The position numbers and the translations under genes were made by a program. From Podospora anserina (taxonomy: Eukaryota): a DNA stretch of 64,000 nucleotides. The notes under the pieces are model-generated. The model worked only from the letters and a program-made list of their open reading frames with translations, was not told the origin of the DNA and did not search any database. Below are positions 51,242-62,676 of the stretch, piece after piece (position 1 is the stretch's first letter; every line of letters begins with the position of its first letter). The stretch lies in the NCBI GenBank assembly GCA_017654855.1, contig CM030336.1:4836001-4900000 (forward strand), written 5' to 3'.

Positions 51242-52483
51242 TTACTGCCCAGAAATACCCCGCAGGAAAGAGTCGTACGCCGCCTTCTTTTGATAGTTGT
51301 TGTTCCAAAGAAGCGCGTCACCTTCACCCTGGAAAGTCTGGGGAACCCACGAGTACCTGTCACTGACGCCCTATTTCTCACTGTTAGCAACTGTAAAACC
51401 AGACTTGTCATATCAAGCGGACGTACCCAAATGGTCATGCCAACGCAGCGGGGGACATTCATGCACGACCGGGCAACACGGCCATAAGCATCAGCCAAAG
51501 CCTGCAGCTTCTGAGCATTGGATGGTGTCCTCATGCGGATATCGATCTCAGTGTAGGCAACGTCAACACCAAGGTCGGCGGTGATCTTCAAGGCGGCAGT
51601 AAGGTCCGCCTCAGAGGGGGTGGGGGTGGATTGGGTTGGGGTGCTCTCGGTGACCAAGTGGCCTTGGTAACCAACACCGTCGATTCTGACTCCGTATTGC
51701 TGGCAGAGTCTCACGATACGAGCGGCACCTTCGACCTTGGGTCCCAGGTACTCGAGGTTGTAGTCGTTGTAGTACAGCTTGGCGGAAGGATCGGCGGCAG
51801 CGGCAATGCGGAAGGCCATGGGGATGTATGCTTCACCGATGGTGCGGAGGAAGACGTTGTCGCGGTATGTGCCGTCCTCGTTGAGAGCTTCAAAGATGTC
51901 AGCACCGTCACTGGCTTTTAAAATTTCTCAAGACATCTACCTTCGTTGACGACATCCCAGTGGTTGCACTGCCCACGGTACCGTCCCATGACCTGGTTGA
52001 TGTGGTTGGTCATGACCTGGATCAAGGTGGCGTTGTTGAAGCGGCTGTTGGACACCCAACCAGGGAGCTGAGAGTACCAGACAAGAGTATGGCAGCGAAC
52101 GTGCTTGCCATTCTGGCGTGCCCAGTTCATGTGCTGATCGGCGGCGCCCCAATTGAACTGCCCGCGGTTAGGCTCGGTGGCATCCCACTTCTGGGCGTTC
52201 TCCGGCGTAATGGAGCCGAACTCGCTGCGGATGATGTTCTGCTCTGAGTTGTCGTTGCGGACCGTGAGGGAGGTACCGATGTACTCGCGGCCGGCGGCAA
52301 TCATGGCCTGGTTGAGGGTCCGTACTTGACGGTGGAAGAGCCTGTGGCAGCGGATGTTAGGTTCTCTCTGCATGTCAGGGGCAGCGAGACTGGTACATAC
52401 TCCACAGCCTCATGGTCAACGGGCACCGGATTGGCGGTGACAAACCCACCAAGGGCGAGGGCAACAGAAGGAAGGAATCTCAT
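51242..52483 (-). CDS. GH10 endo-1,4-beta-xylanase (3 introns)
   Basis: Signal peptide. TPENAQKWDATEP, CHTLVWYSQLP, WDVVNE (acid/base), YYNDYNLE, GYQGH, YTEIDI (nucleophile), WGVSD.YSW. Introns 52342-52400, 51888-51940 and 51371-51426. Confidence 0.93.
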
Positions 52484-53665
52484 CTTGTCCGTCTTCGTTG
52501 GCTGTATGGCAAAGCGACTGATAGCGCGGAAGATGGAGGTGCACCGGAAAGCATGGCGGTTACCCGGAGGGAGACTTTGCCCTAATATACCCAAAAGCAA
52601 GCCTTTACCTGGGAATTCGGAGATATGTGGCGACTCAAGAACCCCTTGATGGGTGATACAGACAAGAGTTCTTCATCAAACAGGGTTCCATATTTCATGG
52701 CCTGGGCGACCGGATAATTACAAGATCTGAGTGACTATGGAGTCGAAAAGCCTTGGTCGATAGCATATTGCAGCCGCACCAATACAACTTGGTCGGATCC
52801 GGATAAAGTCAATTAATGACCTCTTCATCCGCCCGTAGCCTAGCTCCGAGGGAATGTAACGTCTTGCGATTGATGGGTTGAGGTCCGCGTGGTAAAAGGT
52901 TAAATCGATATAGGCGATAGGTATATTGAGAAGTTGGTCCTGACAATCTTCTTCAGCATTTGGATCGAGTTTAGTTCGTTACATGAGGTGATCTGTCTCC
53001 TTGTGTAGGTAGGGAACATGTGTAGATGCACGACCATTGGATTTCGCGAGGTATAAGTAGTCCGGTAAAATTGGTAGAAGTAGCAGGGTACCTATATTAG
53101 ACCTATTAAACAATGCAGGACACAATGTAGCTATGAGACCTGGCTGTTGAGATACCTAGGACATACAATGAGGAGAGTGATGGTTGAAGGTACCATAGTG
53201 GGAATTTGACTTGTCAAATAGAATCTGCAGTGGGCCAACAGAGTCTGCAGGAGGCCAACAAAGTCTACAGGGCAGGCCCACATATCGTCACTGAAGATAT
53301 AGGAGGCACCTGCCGTACACCCCCCTATACGGTCCCTATTTCTCGCGCCTGGCTCGTTCAATTAGCTACTGCTTCAGTGGCTCAATGGACGACCCTGCCG
53401 TCCACCCATGTGGGAGCAATACTCCTGTGGGATTGGCAGTCAGGTTGCTCCAGGGCTTTGGCGTTTTGCTCTCCGGAGTTGTTTGTTCGAGTACTTAACA
53501 ATACCATCAACATTAGCAAATCCTCGCGGCCGTCCAACAACCCAATAAGTCTTCCACTGTTTAATAGGCCCTGCGTCCGATCCCAGGTGCGCACCCATTA
53601 ACCTTCTTCTTTTGCAGCGCTTCCACGGTTCACACCCACCACCACCACCCACCACCACCCACTGA

Positions 53666-53700
53666 CTCACCCACTAGCTCACCCACTAGCTCACCCACTG
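53666..53700. repeat. Tandem 12-mer CTCACCCACTAG, about 3 copies
   Basis: Directly visible, preceded by a CCA/CACC microsatellite. Confidence 0.7.
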
Positions 53701-55552
53701 GGCCCAGTCACCAGTGGAATCCAATAGAGGCCGGCTCAGTGGAAGACCACTGGGCTGGCCACTGTAGCTTTTGGTCAGAAAGTGGGCCTGTCCTGTAGAC
53801 TCTGTTTTTATTGCAGGCTCTGTTGACTTAAATATATCTAGTTGATAGGCAAAGTCTAATTGCCCTGGCCCACACCCGGTACGGTATACATAATGCCCCT
53901 CAATACCCCTGAATAACAATTGTATCCTAGTACTACCTCTGAATTTCGTCAGATTATGAACTCGAGGCCCTAGACGTAATACTTATTGTCTGTGTCTTAG
54001 GCAGGCGCTTAACTCGATGTTTCGAGGCTTTGGGACCCGGAGCTAATCACTTGAGTCTACATTGCACCATGGGGCTGACAAGTCGCTTGGAAGCTCAATC
54101 CATTCTCCCAACATGACGACCAATCATGTGATAGCTAGAGCCTTGTCGGGTTTTGTTGAGCGCAATTTCCATCCAATGCAAAGAGGCTGTGACATTGCAC
54201 TCGTTTTTCTGTAATATGGATCCTGCTCTAAATATAGCCGCATGAGTTATACCGTCGACTCAATCTCAACAACAGCTGATCCTGTAGGTGACTTACCTAT
54301 CAGCCTCCACATCATAGCCAACAGCCCTTGGGGTGATTGATCGAGGTTGCCAACTCCAATGCCATTGACAAATCCCCAGTCGCACAACGGGAGACTTTCA
54401 ATAGATGACTTAATAATGGAACCTTCCAAGGCTCCTGGCTTCTTTTCATGTATACAATCACTTACCTACCTTGGCTGAAACTGTATTGTTAGTTGCTGGG
54501 CCTACAGAAAAGCTGCGAATCACGATGCGTTCGCTACATCAATTCGCTTCAAGAAAATCAAAGACACAGGTCAAATCGTAGAACCACGAACAGTTGACTG
54601 CTTCACGTAAATCAATCCTAATTGAAACTACATCCCTATGGGAAAGCTTGCTCTGGGAATTTAACACACCGGGAACCTTGTAGAATAGAGCATTCTCGGA
54701 CTAGCAAACGTTGCCGCAGTAAAACCAATCCATCCACACCTAATCCTAACGTATGTGAGCATATTCCCCCGAAATCAATGCCCTTAAGATAATGAGAAGA
54801 TGCAAGATACACCCCTCGTTTATGTATTACAAGCACCCCCACACTAACACTTAGAATGTAAATCATTATGGTCACAAATGCCGCCATTTTGTTTAGTATG
54901 ATCTGGGGCACTTTCAATTGGTCCCGGGCTGAATCCCTGTGCGGAGGGAGAGTGTATGTCTGATCCTGAACTGGACCTCAAGACTGATGGCCAGGCACTT
55001 TGCTGGACTCTTACTTGAACGAGGCTCTCACCATCACTGCCCGATTAGCCATTCCTGCTAGCTTAACCTCGACAAGCCAAAAGCCGGAGAAGGATAAAAA
55101 GGAGGAGAAGGGGAAGGGCGAGAGCGGAAAGAGAGAGAAGAAACCCTAGGCGTTCTGGTTAATCAGGATCGATCGGGTGGGTTCCATGCCCTGTCATGGG
55201 AGACAGATGGACAGTATAATGAGCGTCTGCTTTCTTGCTTTCAGGGAGTGACAGAGAGGGTAATGGTCCGTTATCAAGAGCACTTTATATAACAAATAGT
55301 TTTTCGGTTTCAATCCATGCTTCATGTTAACAAAGCTCTATCACCTTTCCGTGTCTAGCAAAAGGCTGTCGTAATGCTTCGGGTAAACGTGACGGAGCAG
55401 GCTTTTGGCTATCCGATAATAAACTGAAGAGACCGCTTGAATTCTCCCCCGCAATTACCTAATTCAATGGGAATAGATAGGTAAACAAGCAGAGGTTTAT
55501 CAACTTTGTGATTTCAAGAAAACCATTATAAAATATCTGGCTTCGAGCTGTC

Positions 55553-55795
55553 TACTTGTTAGGCCTTTAAAATCGGCACTGACCATGGCTTCTACTATGG
55601 TTCGGTTCCTTGATTCGTAAATTCTGGTTGATTCGTGAAATGTCCTTTTAGCTGCAAATGTGGTACGTGCGTTAAATCCGGGTTAGGGTTAGCGGCCAAA
55701 AATCACTCTTTGGGAATCAACCGGAATTTGCGAATTAAGGAACCTGACTAGGTGGCAGCCTGGTCCAAGTGCCGATTTTCAAGGCCTAACAAGTA
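55553..55795. mobile_element. MITE-like element (243 bp including terminal TA)
   Basis: 28-bp inverted repeats TACTTGTTAGGCCTT(T/G)AAAATCGGCACT with 1 mismatch, TA at both ends, and no ORF inside. Confidence 0.7.
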
Positions 55796-56432
55796 ATCTT
55801 GGATTTGGCACGGCGGGTGAACAAAGTTTCTATCACCGACGTTGAAACAAGGTCGGACTGGGTTGCGGGGAGAACTCGCCAATTGCCGGGCCTAGCAACA
55901 CTGGCAGATCCATTCTGACAGCCGAAAAAGCCCGTTCTGGCAGGTCGAGTGCACTACGTTCGCACAAGTCAACTAATGCCAAGGTGCTGAGACACGCGAT
56001 TTCGGATCAAAATGTCCCAAAGACCTTGCAAATTCATGGACAAATGCCATCTTCTTGACCAAAAATGTTGAGGGAATTGCAGCTCCCGCCAAGCTCGAGA
56101 TCGTCGATCCCTTCAATATCCGATCTCCACGCCCCCACTCCGCCGGAATCGCAAACAGGGTTAGGGCTACTATCAAAAACATCACAACATTTCTCTCATC
56201 TGCATGAAGAGATGCACAACTCCGCTTCCCTACGTCACAGAATGGGACCAATTCCCAGCCGCAAAAAAATGAGAATTAGAGGCTGACGGAGCCCACCCAC
56301 ACCGCATTTTTAGTCTCGCTCAACATTCCATCGGCCGCCGGACAAGTGAGGGGAGAAAGGACGGAAAGAGGGGAAGACCAGAGGAAAAAAAAAAAAAAAA
56401 AACACCGGACAACCCGCTCAGAAACCTTGGTC

Positions 56433-57374
56433 ATGCTCAACTCACGTGTCACCACGTCGCTCTTGCAGCATCCAACCTCCGCCGCTATCCGACGCGCTTT
56501 TATCTCCAGTTCCAGCTCCCCTTCCTCCTCTTTTCTCTCTTCTCTTGTCAGGTCCGGACCGTTGCGCTTCCCCACACCAACAGCCACAACCCCTTCCCTC
56601 CTGCGTCATTGCTCCTCTGACTCCCACTCTTCGTCATCATCATCAAACCCAAAGTCCAAACTCCCCAACGCCAACCCCTCATCGGACAAATCCACCTGGC
56701 GCGCCATGGCCGAAAAGGACATCAGCCGCTACCTCCGCCAAACCCACGACCGTGTGTTCGAGCACAACCGTGCCTGGGCCGCTGAGAAGAAGAAGGCCGA
56801 CCCCGACTTCTTCGCCAACCTCTCCGCCGGCCAAACACCAGAGTACCTCTGGATAGGATGTTCCGATTCCCGCATTCCCGCCGAGCAAATCACCGGCCTC
56901 GAACCCGGTGACGCGTTTGTCCACCGCAACATCGCGAACCTGGTCTGCAACACCGATCTTAACGTCATGGCCGTCATCAACTACGCCGTCCGCCATTTGA
57001 AGGTGAAGCACATTGTTGTGTGCGGGCACTATGGCTGCGGCGGTGTAAAGGCTGCCATGTCGGCCAAGGATCTGGGGATTTTGAACCCTTGGTTGAGAAA
57101 TATCAGAGATGTGTACAGGCTGCATGAGAAGGAGCTGGATGCGATTCCGAACGAGGAGGAGAGGTATAACCGGTTGGTGGAGCTGAATGTGATTGAACAG
57201 TGCAAGAATGTGGTCAAGACGGCGGGGGTGCAGCAAAGTTACGCCGAGAATAGCTTTCCGATTGTGCATGGATGGGTGTTCGGGTTTAATGATGGGTTGT
57301 TGAGGGATTTGCAGATTGATTTTGAGGGCATGTTGAAGGATATTCAGAAGATTTATAACTTGACTGAGAGCTGA
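56433..57374 (+). CDS. Beta-class carbonic anhydrase with putative mitochondrial presequence
   Basis: Zn ligands IGCSDSR and CGHYGCGG, plus FVHRNIAN. Ser/Arg-rich N-terminal extension from ATG 56433 and a second ATG at 56706. Confidence 0.92.
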   Translation: MLNSRVTTSLLQHPTSAAIRRAFISSSSSPSSSFLSSLVRSGPLRFPTPTATTPSLLRHCSSDSHSSSSSSNPKSKLPNANPSSDKSTWRAMAEKDISRYLRQTHDRVFEHNRAWAAEKKKADPDFFANLSAGQTPEYLWIGCSDSRIPAEQITGLEPGDAFVHRNIANLVCNTDLNVMAVINYAVRHLKVKHIVVCGHYGCGGVKAAMSAKDLGILNPWLRNIRDVYRLHEKELDAIPNEEERYNRLVELNVIEQCKNVVKTAGVQQSYAENSFPIVHGWVFGFNDGLLRDLQIDFEGMLKDIQKIYNLTES

Positions 57375-58780
57375 GGGGTGGGGTTGGATAGGGAGTTTAA
57401 TGGCATTGAGCGTTTTCGTCAAGGGATTGGTGTCTGTCGCTGACAACATAATGGGCACATAACGTGTAATAACTGTTGACTTGCATGTTTCGAACCGGAA
57501 AATAGGCCTAATTGACTATTGTTCGAGGAAGAACTCAACAGTCATGCCTCATAACCATATTTGGGGTGACCTTGTCACCATATTGCGGTAACTAATTCTT
57601 TGTCCACGGCCACATAGCCTCCAGTGCCTGATTTATCGCGAGGCTTTTTATTGCACCCATGAGGTATGCACATATATATTTCTAGCATATAATATTTAGT
57701 CAGTGTGAGATTGAAGAGTTAAGTGCCATCCACTCTAGAATCACTAAGGGATCTGGTTTGTTCAACAGTCCCAGCCTTAAGTTAAAAGGTAAAGCTCAGA
57801 CAAATAATGGAAAGAGATTACATCTGAAATGGTAATGCTTCACCTTTAATTCTGCGCTCAATTCAGAGAAAATCTTTTTCTTTAAACATTAACTATTCGT
57901 AGCCAGCCCGATGCCAACCCCACCAGCAAAGTCTGTTTTGGGTGGTTGCTCAGTGGCACATGCTTCACGCTAAACCAAGCCTCATTGCATGCAATTGGGC
58001 GGCATGGCTGATGAGATCCTGCCATGTCGTCTCACCAGGGCAGTCAAGGCACAGATTGGTAGCTGAAGACCCAGGGTCCGTGTATGCTTCTGGAGCCCTT
58101 CCTTCCAAAGAGATGCACCGTCGACCAGCTCCTGGTGCTTCTTATTCCAACCCGCCTGCCCAGTCTTGATATCCCAAGACCAAATGAGCGGGTCGATCCC
58201 CGGACCCAGCTGGTGGATATCATGGTGTCGAATTTAGGTTCTGGGAGGAACCACGTCGGTCAGCGGCTTCCCACGCTAAAGTACGACCCTCCGTTCCAAA
58301 GCTGAGCGATGCCTGAGAACAATAAATTTCCAGGTTGTCGCCATGACACCCCGACGGAAAGAATTGTTGCTGACACGGCCCAGATCGAGACCAATGAGCA
58401 CCTGCCATCGAGCGGCTCAGCCTGCACCGGTGCATCGGGAAACAGGGGTCCAGATTGCCCCAGGGTCGTGGCTCGCCAGCAGGAACGCCCAATCGCGGGG
58501 AAGGTCGCTAGCGAAGACAACGTCGCGCGTGTCCCGAAATGTGCAGAGCTCAAATTTCATCATGAATTTGGTGTGGGTAAAGTGGCATGGATGGCGTTGG
58601 GGGAGGGCGTAGATGGCGGCAGCTAAAATGCCACCTCGTGTCCGCCTCCGTGTTGGAGTCCGGACTCACTCCTCCACATCATCCATGTGTGGTGATGACG
58701 ATTGACTTTCTGCTATTGTTTCCTCTTGTGACACTCACAATTAACGTATTTTCTCATTGCTAGTTGCATCTATTTACAAG

Positions 58781-60101
58781 ATGGTCCTTGGACTGTCATC
58801 ATTCCGGCTGGCATCACGCCTTCCAACCGTCCTTCTCGCCATCATATCTGTCTTGGGATCTGTGTCCGGCGTCAGAGCAGCGGACTTGGGCAGTGCCCTC
58901 GCTGGACAAACAAATCTCACCACGTTTCGTGAGCTAGTCAAGGTGTGCCTTCATTTGCTCTCCATCCTCAAATGTCACCACTGATCAATCTCATCAGGAC
59001 CACCCCGACATCTTCGTCAACCTCCCCTCAGGCGTCACCATCGCCGCCCCCAACGACGACGCCTTCGACAAACTCGGCAACTATGACGAATGGCGCGAAA
59101 ACAAAACCCACGTCGAGGCCGTCCTGAAATACCACGTCATGACCTCGATAGTCTCTATGCCCTCCATCATCAAAGGCGACTCGATCTGGGCACCCACGCT
59201 CCTGACCGACCCGAAATTCTCCCCCATGAAAGGCGGCCAACGCATCATCCTGACCAAGCAACCCGGCGGGGAGGTCGTCTTGACATCTGGCTTCGCCAAC
59301 CGCGGCACCGTCGTCGTGGAAGACGTTGAATGGGACAAGGGCCTCATCCAGGTAACCGACTCGGTCATGCGCGTCCCCGAAGGGCTCGAGTCCACAGCCC
59401 GCAACGCCTACCATGACATGACCTCCTTTCTCGGCGCCCTCTTTGCAACCGGTCTCTACGACGAGGTCATCCTCCCGGCCAAAGAGGTCACAATCTTTGC
59501 CCCAACCAACGCTGCCTTTCAAAAACTGGCGAGCACGCTCCCTGCCCTGTCGAAAGACGAGCTTAAATCTGTGCTCCGGTATCACATCGTTCCCGGGCAG
59601 GTGTCTCAGATATGGGAACTGCGGAACGAGTCTAGTCTTGTTACCGCGGAGGATAAGCACTCGATTCGTGTACTGAGGCACAGCAATTTTATATTTGTTG
59701 ATGCTGCGCAAGTTTTGCAGGCTGATATTCTTGTTGCGAATGGGGCGGTGCATTTGGTGGATAATGTGTTGAATCCGAAGGGGGGGAATAATGGGACCAA
59801 GGGGCCGGATGTAGAGGCTGTGGTGCAGAGTCCCGCTTTCAGGGTGGTGGGTACGGAGACGGTGACGGGGACGGGGGTGCCGACGCCGTGGACGGAGTTC
59901 TTGCCTTGTACGGTTTCTTGTCCTGTGACGGAGACGGTTACGAGGACCGACCCGACGGTTAGTGTGACGAGGAGTGTTGTTGTTAATCAGGGAGGGGTGG
60001 GGCCTACTTCTACGAATGGGGGGTTGGGGGCGAGGTGTACAGGGTTGGTTGGGGTGGGTATGGGGGTTGTGGTTGGGGTTGTGGGGTTGGTTGCTCTATA
60101 G
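58781..60101 (+). CDS. Fasciclin (two FAS1 domains), secreted and probably GPI-anchored (1 intron)
   Basis: Signal peptide and intron 58943-58997. First domain TIAAPNDDAF...LKYHV...IQVTDSV, second TIFAPTNAAF...LRYHIV...NGAVHLVDNVL. Thr-rich linker and hydrophobic C-terminus. Confidence 0.88.
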
Positions 60102-60189
60102 GCGGAGAGACAGGGGCGAATCTTGATACCTGGTTGCAGTGTAACATCTAGTATTGGAAAGGAAGTAGTAATACAAGAAGCGTGTCTAA

Positions 60190-61130
60190 CTAGACTCGGG
60201 CGTTGTTGCTCGAAGCGTCCATAGCATTGATCGCCTGTTGAATTCGGGATAACGATGCACTGGGGATGATCCGCCCTGCACCGCCATCCCCCGAATCCGT
60301 CTCCTACTCCAGACCCTTCTCTCCCGCCAGCGCTTCGAGTCTTCCCCGCCAAAACTCCCACCGCTGCAGACTGCGCGGGTAGACACCCTCGCACAGCGGG
60401 CCGGGTTTGATTGCCGACTTTGTTTTCTCCTCCAAGTCTACCCCACAAGTCATCTCGCTGTACACAAGTTCGGCGCGTTGGGTCAGCCACTGAGTTGCTA
60501 CCCAAAGTCTGCACTCAAATATAGTTGGGTCCTCCGGCGGGGGAATTCCAGCGCCGAGCGTATCTCCCAGTAGGGTAAAATAATCCAGTTCATGTACTCT
60601 TCATTCAGGAGCTGTGACGCAAATGAGTTCCAGCGTTTCCAGGCGTCTACGTCCTCCGAGGTGTAGTCGTCCAACTCGGTAGGGTTAAACCACTTGTCGA
60701 AGACATACATGCTCAGATCGGGCAGGTCCGCCCAGTTCAGCGTGTAATCCTAGATAGAAAAGAAAGCTGTCAGATATCCTGCTGATGCGATGGTAATGAA
60801 CAAGTTTCCGCTCACCTCGAGTTCAACCACAAGCCCGCCTCTCGAGCGCAAGTTGTTCATGCCAGCGGCGAGCGCGGCGTGCCATGGATGTTCGATGGGC
60901 ACGATTCTCACCACCTCCAACAGCATCACCCACAGATTCCAAAGCAGGGTGTCTGCAGCCTTTGTTGACTTGCTTGAGGCAGTTAACTGTCGTAGCTCGT
61001 CTTCCAGGTTGGCCGCGACGACTGCAGGATCATCGCTAGAGTTTAATGCTTTGGCCAATGTGTCGAGAACATCTGCTTCGCCCTGGGGCATGCTGGGTTC
61101 CTTTAGGACCTGGAGATCTATGTTTGGCAT
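60190..61130 (-). pseudogene. DUF3632-like gene with frameshift and premature stop
   Basis: LWNLW...HPWH, intron 60750-60815, WADLP, WKRWNSFASQL, IRSALE. A 1-nt shift in the G5 run 60539-43 restores ...VATQWL...GPL...SLQRWEFWRGRL...AINAM. In-frame TAG at 60304-06. Confidence 0.65.
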
Positions 61131-62171
61131 CGTGGTTCAATGTGCGAGAAGAAGATGTGAGTATATGGTAGTTTGTCGGACAAAATTGACTGTCAAGAGA
61201 AAGTAGTGTGTGTTGTGGAGATGGAGGATGAGGATGCGGGGGGGTAAAGGGGGGAAGGAGGAGGAAGAGGATGAGGAGGAAGTAATGGTGGGTGCCATGG
61301 GAAAGACGGAAACAGCAGTTGCCGATAAAGCCAGGCCGCTGTGTGCTGGGGGCCGAACAGACTACGTCCAAGAACGGCGTTTCATAAGCTGTTATTACTG
61401 GTCCAATTGACAGGCCTTCTAACTCGCCAGCAGGTCATGGTGCTACGTATAGGGCAAGTAGATTGAACTTGCTGATTGAGCCGTGGCTCCACCCTGTGGT
61501 TTGACGCCGCCCGCCTGCTGGAACAAAGAACAGGTCACATTTTCGTCCCATCTTCAGATCAAAGGGCTTGGAACAACCGCCGTGCAACCACACCGACTAC
61601 TATATGTGAATTGAGTTGATTTTGACCCGCGTCAGGGCGAGACTTGCTTTGTTTGAACCACCCGCATCACTTAGCCTGACCGGGACTCGTAGCAGCAACT
61701 GGGTGGTAAGGGCAAGCACACCAACAACAACTCACCTACCTGTAACAAGCCTTGTGAGGCTTTGCGCATAAATACTCCCTTGAATACAAAGCCACTGGCA
61801 ATCTGGTGCTATCCACAACACTTTCTTTGTTCACAATGGCCTTCATTCAATGTATCATGTCTGATGAATGAAATTTACATGGAACAGATACGTACTCATC
61901 AACTGAGCATACAGCTTTACTGGTGGACCATCTGACCGGCGCTGAGGGCACCAGCCCAGTCATCATGTGCTGCAGTGTCCAGGCTGTATGTAAAGCCTCA
62001 CTGAGGTAAAGGACAATAAATAGAGACGTTCGTCCTCATATCCTTGGTTGATATTTCCAATCTCTAGTCTCCGTTTGCACATAAATCATGGTAAACTGTG
62101 GAAGCCATCACTTGCTTTGAGTCTTTAGTTTAGATCTCCTCCTTACCTTGGCTATAATTCATCCCTCCTTC

Positions 62172-62676
62172 ATGTCGGACTCGACGAATCCACCACAACG
62201 CGCACCGAGACGCAGTCCAACGGACTCATCCTATGTAAAAACCCCCCGTCCGCAGCATCGCGGAGAGTTTCCCTTCATGCTAAAGGCTAACTGGAATAAA
62301 GTACGACTGCGATGGCGTAGTGGCTAACAAGAACGATCCAAGTTCCAAGTCATGGCATTATGCTAGGGATGTCAGGGCGCAGGTCGCCGCTGAGCAGCCA
62401 CAACATCCACGGGGATGGGGAAACCCATCATATTTCGGCGACAAAGCTGGCCTTCCTTTGGCAGCTTCGAAGCCCCTTACACATACTCCAATCGAACCTG
62501 GGAGTTTGACTCCATATGTACCAGGGACTAAACCTGGAGCACACCGGGCAGTCTACAACGACACGAATAGAGCCGTGGTGGATGTGATTTACCACGATCC
62601 CAACAAACCTCCAAAGAATGGCTCGAAGTTTGAGGAATTCTCCAAGGCGACTTATGTGGCGAAGGTGGTACCGTGA
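62172..62676 (+). CDS. Leaderless RNase T1/barnase-fold protein (145 aa, 1 intron)
   Basis: Intron 62235-62301 (GT..GCTAAC..AAG) joins in frame. YDC...NPSYFGDKAGLPL...PLTHTPI...PGAHRAVYN...VIYH...F parallels RNase T1 YTC...YPHKYNNYEGFDF...PYYEWPI...PGADRVVFN...VITH...F. Confidence 0.6.

Noticed and set aside
55680-55692. Telomere or chromosome-fusion scar
   Set aside because: Only two TTAGGG-type units, and they lie inside a MITE-like element.
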